Shown here: positions 51,982 through 64,000 of the stretch, one piece after another | How positions within the stretch are numbered: position 1 is the stretch's first letter | Layout of the letters: each line of letters starts with the position of its first letter | Source: Neocallimastix sp. 'constans' | Lineage: Eukaryota | Direction: 5' to 3' | DNA length: 64,000 bases | Assembly (NCBI GenBank): GCA_050613775.1 | Contig: JBODTK010000146.1 | Coordinates: forward strand, 124,001-188,000 | Program-made: the position numbers and the translations under genes | Notes under the pieces: generated by a model | What the model saw: the letters and a program-made list of their open reading frames with translations, nothing else | Database searches by the model: none | Told to the model about the DNA's origin: nothing

Positions 51982-53981
51982 ATGACCTATAAAGTAAAAC
52001 CAAATTTAAATTTATCACTGTATTTTGATAATGACTACTTTATCACCGGTGACTTATTAAATGGAACACTGGAGTTAAATGTAGAAAACGAACTGAATCT
52101 AAGATTAAGGGAAATATGTGTAGAATTAAATGGGTTTGAAGGTATTTCTCATTCTAACTATATAATACTTATATAATACTTAAATATTAAAAATTTTTAT
52201 TAATTTTTTTTTTTTTTTTTTAATTGATATTTTCATTATTAAAATGTTATAATATTTATATTTATATTAATTTTTATTTATTTATTTTTTTTATATATAA
52301 ATATATATATGTAAATATAATTATATTAAATAAAATATATAATAAATATAATATATATATAATATAATATATGTTATATTTTAATTTTTTTTTTTTTTTA
52401 AATATTTATTATATATATTATTTACAAAATTTTATTTCTACAGAAATTAATTTTCAAAAAGTCAATGCTTCTAAAGTATTTTTTTCAACAAAAATATATT
52501 TTCAAGGACCAAAAATAAAACCATCTCCTGCAGTTAGAGGACCAGCAGAATATGATGGATTTTGGAATGCAGTTCAAGGAAAAACATTATTTAATTTTTC
52601 ATTTAAATTACCTCATAATGCACCAAATTCATTTTCTTTAATGAATAATAATGCTAATGTTAAATATATAGTAACAGGGTAAAAATCAAAAGGAAGAAAA
52701 AAAAATATATATTTTTATTATTATTATTATTATTATCTTTTTTTTTTTTTTTAATTTAAATTAAATTAATTAAATGGTTAATAATTTTTCTTAAATATAA
52801 GTCATTTTATTATTATTATTTTTTATTTTATTTTATTTCATTGATATATTACTAAACTATATATATTTTTAATTTTTTTTTTTCATTTTTCATTTTATAT
52901 TTTATATTTTATACTTTATTTTATTTTATTTTTTACTTCTTCTTCTTCTTCTTCTTCTTCATTCTGTATTTCCATTTAGAACTGTGCAATATCATCAAGA
53001 TAATATATATGATTCATTATATACATCTGAAGAAGTTTTAGTACTTGAAAATATTGATCAAGAATCTATGCCATCTGTTCCAGTTCGTGCATTTACTAAG
53101 AAAAAAATGTTATTAGGAAATTCTGTTCGATTGGAAGGAATTGCGTTACAATCGTATTTTTGTTCAGGAAAAAAAGCACAAATCGAAGTGCATGTAGAAA
53201 ATGATACAAAACATAAGGTAAATATATTATTATTATTATTATTTTTTTTTTCTCTCTTATGTTTCTTTACTTTTTTTTAAAAAAAAGTAAAGAAACATAC
53301 AAACAAAAAAAGACAAAAAAAATTAAAATGAAAATAAAAAGATATTAATAACCTAAAAAAGTTAAACAGAACGAAACAAAACTAATTAAATTAACATTTA
53401 ATTAATTTGTTTTCATAAAAATTTCCATATTTCGACTATTTCTAATTATTTTTTTATTTTTTTTTTTTTTTTATTGAAAATAAAATATTTAGATTCATGG
53501 ATTAAAAGCTAATTTGTATAGATCTGTTATTATACCCGGAACTGTTACAAAAAAAGATAATAAATCCATTATTAATTCAATCTCTGAAATTAATCTTAAA
53601 TCAAATGAATATGTATTTAATTCTAACGAAGAAAAATCAGTTTTTATTCATATACCTATACCTGTATGTTAATAATGCTAAATAATAAAATAGTTTAATA
53701 TGAAATTTTTAAATACAAAATTTTAAATAATGAAAAAAAAGAAATTAAGTGATAATATTTTTTATTAATGTAAGTAAATTAATATTTTTATTTTTTATTT
53801 TATATAATTTTTTTTGGTTTTTTATCCATTTGTACAGGAAAATAATATTTCAATGAAAAATACTTCATTATTTATTGTTCAATATTATATAACACTTTCT
53901 TTAAATCAAGGAATATTTAGGTAACTCTTTTTTTTTTATTTTAATAAAATAAATTAAAAATTTATTAAAATAATTTAAAAC

Positions 53982-54026
<45 letters not shown>

Positions 54027-54071
54027 GTATATATATATATATATTTTAAAATATCTTTTAAACTAATTATA

Positions 54072-54107
<36 letters not shown>

Positions 54108-54783
54108 GTTGTTGTTGTTGTTGCTTCCAAAAAATAAAATTAAATAAAAATAAAAAAATTTTTTTTTTTAACCGTATATTTTATTTTTATTTTAATTTAT
54201 TTATTATTATTTCATAAATTTTTCATTAAAAATTAGTAAAAATGTTTCTGTTAATTTACCAATCAGTATTTGTCATTCAAAATTATATAATTCTATCAAT
54301 AATCCAATTAAGAAATCTAATACAAATAAAAATATGTTCTTAACTGTGCCCAAACATGCATTAGCTCCAAAAAAGACATTTTTAAATAATTTGAGAAGTC
54401 TTTCAAGAAAAGCATCATTATTAAAAAATAAAGCTTTACTATCAAAATTATGTATTTCAGATAGTGATGATTATAGTAAGGATTATTCAAAACGTAAAGG
54501 TAGTAGTCGACTTTCAGAAGTTAGTTTTCCATCAAATTATGATAGAATTAAACGTCAAAATGATATGCATTTGAAGAATGTAAATAATAATTTAGAGAAA
54601 GTGGATAGTTATTATGATAGAAATAGAAATAATAATGATTATAGTAATAGTTATTCATTAGATACCACCACCACTGAATTTAATACCATAAGTAATATGA
54701 ATATTGGTATATCTGGTAAAGAATATAGTTCATCTCTCTATAATTCTAATGTTAGTTACTATACTAATTATAATAATAATAAT

Positions 54784-54817
<34 letters not shown>

Positions 54818-56919
54818 TAGAAACAGAACGAGATACCAGTTATGAAGATTCAAATAATAATAGTAATTCCTATATTCAAAATGAAAGTATAAACATATAT
54901 AATAGGGATGGTGATGATATGGATTTAGATGAAAATATATCAGATTCAGAGGTTACCGGAACCGAAAATACTTATAGTAGTGATATTGATAAATTTTCAA
55001 AATATTTTTCCAATAATAAAGTATTTCGATCATTATCAATTGATAATCGTAGTAGTAATAATAGAGATAATAATAATAATAATAATAATAATATCAATAG
55101 GTGTAATAAGAATGGAAATAAAAGTGATAATAAAGGCAATTTCAATGTCTACAATAATTCGAAAATGAATAATTCTATTACCTATAGTAATAGTTATAAT
55201 TATGGAAAAAATTATCGGTCAAAGACTTTCGATACTTCATCAATAAAGTCTAAAGAAAGTAGTAAATCAACTCAAAATATGTCTTTTGGTGAAATTAGGT
55301 CTTCAAATATCTACAGAAATAATAAATTGAATAATAAAAATATACCTATTAAACCAAAAATATCTTCCTCAAATTTGAAAAAAGTAACTTCTATTGAATC
55401 CATGAATGATGATGATGATGCTGATGAATTAGCAGGTAAATTATATATATAAATTGATTAATTTATAGAAATTTTAAATAGAGATTTATTACTATAGAAT
55501 TTAATATTTTTAAATAATGAATCAATAATCAATAATCAATAATCAATAATCAATAATCTATAATCTATCATCAATAATAAATAGTAAAAAGAGTATTTAT
55601 TAATAAATAGTAAATAATAAATAATAGATAATAAAAAGAATATTTAATAAATAATAAATATTAAATATTAATAAAATAGTAATAAAAATATTAAAAAGAT
55701 TAGATTTTAATCATAATATTAATATATTCAAAAAAAAAAAAATTAATATATATATATATATTTTTATATATAATTATTAGATCATTTAAGTAATATAACA
55801 CATGATACAACATTCTTAAGAAATTTATCTTATCCATATGCTCAGCCAAATGAAAGTAGCTATAATAAATCATTCCAATCAACTAGTTCAAAAATGATAA
55901 GTTCTCTATCCAAAAATTATAGTTTTAATAGTTCTCATGACAAGATTAATGAAACCTTTGATGCTATTTTCAATGAATCTGCTGAAATAGGTGAACCTAT
56001 TAAAAATCAGAATTCTATTCTTTCATCTATTTATTCAAATAAAACTTTAAATAGAAATAATTCATTCCATTCTAATTCTTCATTCTCAAATAGAAAAAGA
56101 GAATTAGAAAGTTCATCAATATCTTCTCTAAATTCTCAATTTGCAAGATATAATAACAATACAGATAATATTAATAATATGTCTTTTGAAAGTAAAGGAG
56201 AATCTCTTTATAATAAATCTTCTCCATTACAAAATACAAGTCTCAGTACATCTTTTCATAAAAGCTATTATAATGAAGTTAATATGAATAATCTTAATTT
56301 TACCCAAAATTGCTCATTTAACAATAGTAGTAGTAGTATCATTTCCAACAGTAGTAACAATAACATTAACAATAGTAGTAATAACGACAACAACAACAAC
56401 AATAAAAATAAAAATAATAATCATAAACATAATCATAATTATAATCATAATATATCTTTTCAATCTCCTAGATCATTACCTGCTTCATCATCACCATCTT
56501 TTTCAAAAATTCATATTAATGGAAACATAAATCACAGTTATAATTCATCTTCTCCCATGACCCCAACGATAAAACATAATTTCTCTAATAAATCCATGAA
56601 AAGTGCTCATAGTGTTGATGGATATCTTTATAAAAATAATAATCATCAATTAAATGCAAATAAAAATTTATATCGGTCGAATACTGTTAATAATAATAAT
56701 AGTAGTTTTATGAAACAAATGAATTCATCTCCATCAGCAGTTATACCAATAAAATCAAAATCAAAAATAGAAAATTATGGTTTTGATAATCAAAACTATT
56801 ATAGGTCATCTTCCTATTCCACTCCACCACTATTGAATCCATCGTCGCCATACACTATCCCTACTTTATCTAATTATATTAATCAATTTCAGAGAAGACC
56901 ATCCTTAAAATATCATTAA
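51982..56919 (+). CDS. Arrestin-fold protein (Arrestin_N + Arrestin_C) with long Asn/Ser-rich disordered tail; ~8 exons
   Basis: YFITGDLLNGTLEL..ICVELNGFE, FNFSFKLPHNAPNSF..VKYIV and YFCSGKKAQIEVHVENDTKHK. GT..AG junctions at 52141/52444, 52678/52980 and 53217/53493. Confidence 0.82.
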
Positions 56920-58327
56920 TAAAAAATAAAAAATAAATATTTATATATATATAATAAAAAATAAATTTAAATAATATTAATATCGTAATAATTATAGTAA
57001 TCGAAATAATAAAATATTATAATAATAATAGTAATAATAATAGTAGCAGTTATAACAGTAACAATAATAATAATAATATAATAATAATTATACATTATAC
57101 AAATATTAAATAATATTCATTTTAATAATAAAACCAAATATTAATTATCATAATAAATAATACTTTTTTTTTTACAGTAATACGAATTATCATAAACAAT
57201 ATTTAATTATCATTTATCATTCATACTAATAATTAATAATATTAATAATCATATAATGACAATACTAATTATTTATAATAATAATAAAAAAAAAAATAAT
57301 TATAAATATTATAATAAAATGAAGTAATAAAAATGAACATTTTTAATAAAATATTAAAAAGAAAATTTTTTTATTATTTATTTTTTAAATTTTTAAATTT
57401 TTTTAATTTTTATTTTTTATACATAAATATATTTAATAAATAAATAAAAATCTTTTTGTATTAAGAAAAAAAAAAAATGTTTTTTAGATTTATTTCTATA
57501 AATGAATGGGTTAATTAATGTTAAATATATATCAATTAAATATATATAAAAAAAAAATAAAAAAATAAAAAAATAATAATAAATGTAATTTAAAAATATC
57601 TTAGATATTTAAATTATATTTTCTTTTTTATTTAAATATTTTTATGTATTTTATAAATCTATATTAAATTATAAATTTCTTTTAAAAAAAAAAAATTATT
57701 TTAACAATACTATAGTTTTAATATATATATCTATGTTTTTATTTTTATTATATATTTTTGAAAACCAAATAAAAACCAAATTAAATAAAATAGAATAAAA
57801 TAAAATAAATAGTAGAATATTAAATATAAAGTACAGATTGAATAAAATAAAAAAAAAATAAAATATTTTCATTAAAAACAATTCCTTTCTATTACTACTA
57901 CTATTATTACTATTATATTTTCATAAAATATACCTTTTTTTAAATACAAATAACAATAATTAATATAAATTATATTAATCAATCATTTTAATAATAAAAT
58001 AACAGAATAGACTTAAAAAAATATGATTTTATAAAAAAAATTTTTTTATTATTTTATATATATTTTTTATTTTTTATTATTATTATTTTATTTTTTTAAT
58101 TTTTATTTTAGTACCTTCATGTTGAAAAAAAAAAATTTTTTTTTGTTCTTAAATTGTTTTTTATTAATTCATTTAAAGCTTACTGTTTGTTTTGCTAATT
58201 TATATGATATTAATAATAGATTATAAAATAATTTATTAATCAATTGAAATAAATTTATTAAATAAATATTATATATATATGAAATATTTTAAATACATAT
58301 ATAGATTTTTTTTCTTTTAAATAATAT

Positions 58328-59636
<1,309 letters not shown>

Positions 59637-60005
59637 TTTTAAATACTTTTAATATAAAATACTACAAAATAAAAGCAAAGTGAAAAAAAAAAAAAAGAAA
59701 TAAAATTTTTTCATTACTATTCTATATAACTTTTTTTTTATTCCTAATTTTAATTAGGTATAATATATTTATCCAATATATATTAAGTTTATTTTAATAT
59801 ATTTTAATATATTATAATATAATCTAAATTTTTTTAGAAATCTTTTAATTAAATAATATAAAAATTATTTCAATTATCCATTATATATTATGATCCCTTA
59901 TAACCAATCACATTAGTATAATTTTTAAAAATTGTTAAAAATGTTATTTAAATAATATAAATAAATTTCTAAAAGAAAATAAAACATAATTATTACTTAA
60001 GCTAG

Positions 60006-60056
<51 letters not shown>

Positions 60057-60269
60057 ATAGATAAATGAATAAATAAATAAATAAATAATTATATATATAT
60101 ATATATTTAGGTGTTAATCTTAACATAAAAAAAATAATAATGGTAGTGATAAAAATAATAATAATAATGATAATAATAATAATTATAATAATAATAATTA
60201 TAATAATAATAATTATAATAATAATAATTATAATATGAGAGTCATGAATTTAGGGAATTATTTTAACTG

Positions 60270-60400
60270 ATACACTTGATTCTAAAATAAATGATTTTAT
60301 ATAATATATTGTGGCTTATATATTATTTGCATTACATTACATTTTATTACATATAATATATATTATTTCATATAATACATAAGACATAAATATTATGGTT
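60270..60400 (-). repeat. Uninterrupted copy of the LTR-like repeat family
   Basis: Reverse complement AAGCCACAATATATTATATAAAATCATTTATTTTAGAAT matches 63068-63106. Confidence 0.55.
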
Positions 60401-60501
60401 AAGAGAAAAGTGGATAATATATTCATGATATTATATAATATATAATTCATGAATATACGTTTATTACATAATTACTAGTTACACAAAATATTTAAAATGT
60501 T

Positions 60502-61787
60502 TGATAACATAATTTCATGAAACATAAAATAAATGTATTAATTTACATATAATAAATATACAAGATTATTAGATAATATGAATAAATATAATTATTAAGT
60601 AGTTATCACACATCCTCAAATGTGATTTTTATATAAAACTATTATTTGTAAATTTAATATTTTCTTATCATTTGAAATGAAATGATATCTGACATTTATA
60701 TGTTTTAATATAGTATTAATTTCACCATTTTCCATTATACATTTATTTTCTTGATTATCAATATAGATTGCTATATTTAATATTTTATTTAATATTTCTT
60801 TAATAATGTTCCTTTACCATTGTATTTTCTTGACACTTTCTAAAGTACTTGTATATTTAGTTTTGGTGCTAGAAGTAGCAACATATGATTCCTTTTTAGA
60901 TATCCAGCGTAAGATTTTTTCTCATTAAAATAATTCTACAGGAAGTAAACTTTCTATTAGTCTTATCACCTGCGAAATATGAATTCGTATATGTAATTAA
61001 CTCCCCCTTTCCATCATAATTGATTTTATAATCTTTTATGCTATTTATATATTTTAAAATGTTTATCAATTTGTTCCAGTCTGAAATTGTTCACTTTTCC
61101 ATGAAGTTTTATTTATGGCAAATGAAATTTCCGGTATTGTACATTTTGATAAGAAGTCAAAAATCTAATTTTATTTTTATATACAGTTTTGTCAAACGTT
61201 TTTTTTTATTTTCAGATATATCTTTGTCTCCTGTACAAGGGATTTTTATTTTTTCAAGTATATTGTTTACTTTGAATTTATCTTGCATATTTTCAATAAA
61301 CCTTTTCTGAGAAATTATATATCTATCATTTTACTTTTTTACTTTAATTCCTAAAATATATTCGCTTGGTCCTCAATGCAATATTTAGAATTTTCTTTTA
61401 ATTTTGTTATTATTTATTTAATGTATTTTATTTCTCCATTATTAATCATATCATCAATGTAGTATCCAATTATCCATTTAGTTTTATTACATACTGTATG
61501 TTTTAATATGCATAGCTTGGCTTTTATTTATTTAAAAATATTATTTATTAAAAATTTTTTATTGTTTCATACCATAAGTTTATCTGATTGCTTAAGGCCA
61601 TATAAGTCTTTGTTAAATTTCCAGTATCCCTTCCCAAAGTTTATATCACCTTTAGGAATGGTAGTATAAATATCTTTATTGAGAAGAGCACCAAGACAAA
61701 CTATCTTAATATCAAGTTGGAAAATGTCCCTGTGAAAAGCAGAAGATAAAACGAAAATTAGTAAAGACTATCAATATTTAAAGTAGT
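60502..61787 (-). mobile_element. Decayed Ty1/copia RT/RNase H fragment with PPT and possible short LTR (60502-60608)
   Basis: FQLDIK, DIYTTIPKG, WKFNKDLYGLKQS, IGYYIDDM, FAGDKTNRK, WISKKESYVATSST and YIDNQ. PPT-like GAGGATGTG, then a segment bounded by TGATAAC inverted termini. Confidence 0.8.
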
Positions 61788-61789
61788 AC

Positions 61790-62766
61790 ATGGCTGCCAG
61801 TCTTTAAGGAGTAAAAATTCTTTTTGAATTAGGAAAAATGAATTTTATTACTGATGCTTAATCAAAAAATGAAAAGTGATTGAATTAATTAATTCAATTA
61901 TATAAAATCTTTGTAGAGTTTGGATATAAAGGGTAATAGGCAACATAAAATAAAGATCAAAAAATATTAAAGGAAAGTTACTTAACAGATTCTTTGTGCT
62001 GATTATTTAAAATCATATATATTTTGCACATGAATAAAATAACCTAATAGAGAAAATTAATAAAAATTAACCTAGAAGAAGAAATTAACTGAAATATTGA
62101 ATTTTAATCAATTATGAAATAATTTATATTATTTACTAATGAGTTTAAATGACTAGAATAATATAATTAGTCATAAACGAAATTCAATTTTAATACCTCA
62201 AGATTGTAGTTTATCAAGTACACTGATAAACAATAATGAACAATTTATTTTAATAGTTATCGCTAAAACTACAAATCCAAAATATGTTAAAGTTAGCACT
62301 AATCTATAAAATGTTGTATAATTAAAAGTGATGAAAATCCCAATATATAAGAGTTATTCAGTATTCACAAACTGAGACGGTATAATATCACCCTTAAGAA
62401 AAAGGTTCCCATCATATAAAAGATACATATAAACTATATATTATATGAGATGTCTTAAATACATTTGATATTAATTATTTATTAATATTAAGTATATAGT
62501 TTTAGGGGGGTATCATTAAATTACAAATATATTTAAAAATTATTTTAATGATATTTAGTCTAATTATCGAATTTATATAATTTTATTTTTGAAAAATTAA
62601 AATTAGGTTATAATAATTTATAGTTTAATAATAGCAAGTATATAATATTATATAATACTATAATTTTATATTCAATTTATTAATTAATGAATAAGGGGTA
62701 ATGATTATGTAAAAGAATCTAGTGTATTTCGCAATGTGGCGTATTTCGTATATGGCTTGTTTTTAA

Positions 62767-62798
<32 letters not shown>

Positions 62799-63120
62799 AA
62801 ATATTCTTTTTATATATATATATATAATTTATTAATATTCAATTATAAAAATAATTTTTTATAATTCCTTTTAAATAGAATATATTATTATTTCTTTTAA
62901 AATAATAATTATTTATATATTTATTTATGATTGTATAGAATATCTTAAAAATGTAGGGCTTTATTTAAAAATATATTTACGCCACATTGTGAAATATACG
63001 ATCTCTATATAAAATATATGAAATATGTGTAAAATGTATTTAAACTTAATGTGATATTTTAATATAAAAGCCACAATGTATAAATATATAATCATTTAGT
63101 TAGAATAAATTAAGTATAAT
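61790..63120 (+). mobile_element. Decayed LTR-retroelement 3' part (coding remnant, 3'UTR, PPT, LTR-like), same family as 45190-45600
   Basis: Shared blocks ATATATTATA.GAGATG, TTTTAGGGG, TAGTTTAATAATA, PPT AAGGGGTAA+TG (62693-62703) and AAGCCACAATGTAT. The upstream coding remnant is too decayed to assign. Confidence 0.55.
62721..63000. mobile_element. 280-bp MITE-like element with 22-bp TIRs and ATCT flanking duplication
   Basis: GTGTATTTCGCAATGTGGCGTA (62722-62743) versus TACGCCACATTGTGAAATATAC (62978-62999), 2 mismatches. ATCT at 62717-62720 and 63001-63004. Confidence 0.75.
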
Positions 63121-63657
63121 TTTACATAATTATAAACCATAAAATACATAATAATTTTATTGTTCAAATATTCAAAATAAGAAAAAAAAATTTAATAATA
63201 GCTTAAAAAAAAAAACTCCAATTTATTAAGCTATTTTTTAAAAAAACAATAAAATATTTAATATTAATATTTTGACAATAAAGTATATTATTATATTATT
63301 ATTATATTATTATAATTGTATTATCCAATAATAGAGTTGAAATTATTGTGAATTTTTTTTTTATATGTCAAATTAATATCATATATCATATATTTTTAAA
63401 AAGGGTTTTGTGTATGTTAAAATTTGATAGATAGAAATTATACTATAATATAATATTTATATATTTTTTTATACTTTTTATTAAAATAAAAATTTTAATT
63501 AATAAATATTATTGTCATATATTAAATATATATTTAATATATACTTTTTACTATAAAATTGTAAAATGTGAAATGCATTTAAATTATACCCTATAATTTA
63601 TAATTTTTATATGTATAATATATGAATATAAAAGATAATTTGTTATAAATTTAAAAT

Positions 63658-64000
63658 ATGACTTCATTAGAAATTTCATTATCAAAGGAAATAATTTCAG
63701 ATCATTTTGGTCCAATAGTGGAGGTAATATATATTGTTTGTATGCTATTTAAATAATTATAAATTATTTTTTTTTTTTTTTTTTTTTTTTTAATCAATAT
63801 TATATTATTTTATTAAAATTTTAAATATATATAATAACTTTTTAATATTTTTATTGTAATAAAAAATAATAATTTGCATTAAACAGAAAGTATGTACATC
63901 ACTCATATCAAAAGGTCGATTATTAATTAGTCAACTTATAAATATTACAAAATTAACAAGACGTCAAATAGAGGAGGCTTTATTTATTTTAATTCAACAA
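63658..64000 (+). CDS. RPC82: RNA polymerase III subunit C3 (RPC82/POLR3C), first two exons (63658-63723, 63887->64000), partial
   Basis: Spliced MTSLEISLSKEIISDHFGPIVE|KVCTSLISKGRLLISQLINITKLTRRQIEEALFILIQQ matches the C3 N-terminal pattern EI.L...L..HFG.IVEK....L...G.......T......V..AL.VL.Q. Confidence 0.85.

Overview
Extremely AT-rich, intron-containing eukaryotic DNA, most consistent with an anaerobic gut fungus (Neocallimastigomycota). This taxon call is an inference from composition, intron style, intronless ankyrin genes and copia remnants. Host genes: two intronless ankyrin-repeat genes (-; the first is broken by two homopolymer frameshifts and runs off the window), a large multi-exon gene of unknown function, a GPR107/108-like 7TM gene, a USP4/11/15(Ubp12)-type deubiquitinase, a secreted/GPI-anchored protein, an arrestin-fold protein, an AK2/ADK1-type adenylate kinase with an unusual MGCAQSK N-terminus, and the first two exons of RNA polymerase III subunit C3 (missed by the ORF track). 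Mobile/decayed DNA: three Ty1/copia remnants, a four-copy LTR-like repeat family, a 280-bp MITE-like element, an Hsp70 pseudogene and many microsatellites. The most notable observation is a non-coding, relatively GC-rich ~360-bp dispersed element present twice (27.2 kb, 40.3 kb) plus a truncated third copy (49.6 kb). The copies share one terminus next to an oligo(A) tract and have many stems, some with compensatory changes between copies. One copy is inserted inside another repeat. It is a candidate mobile structured-RNA element of unrecognised class. All alignments and folds were done by eye.
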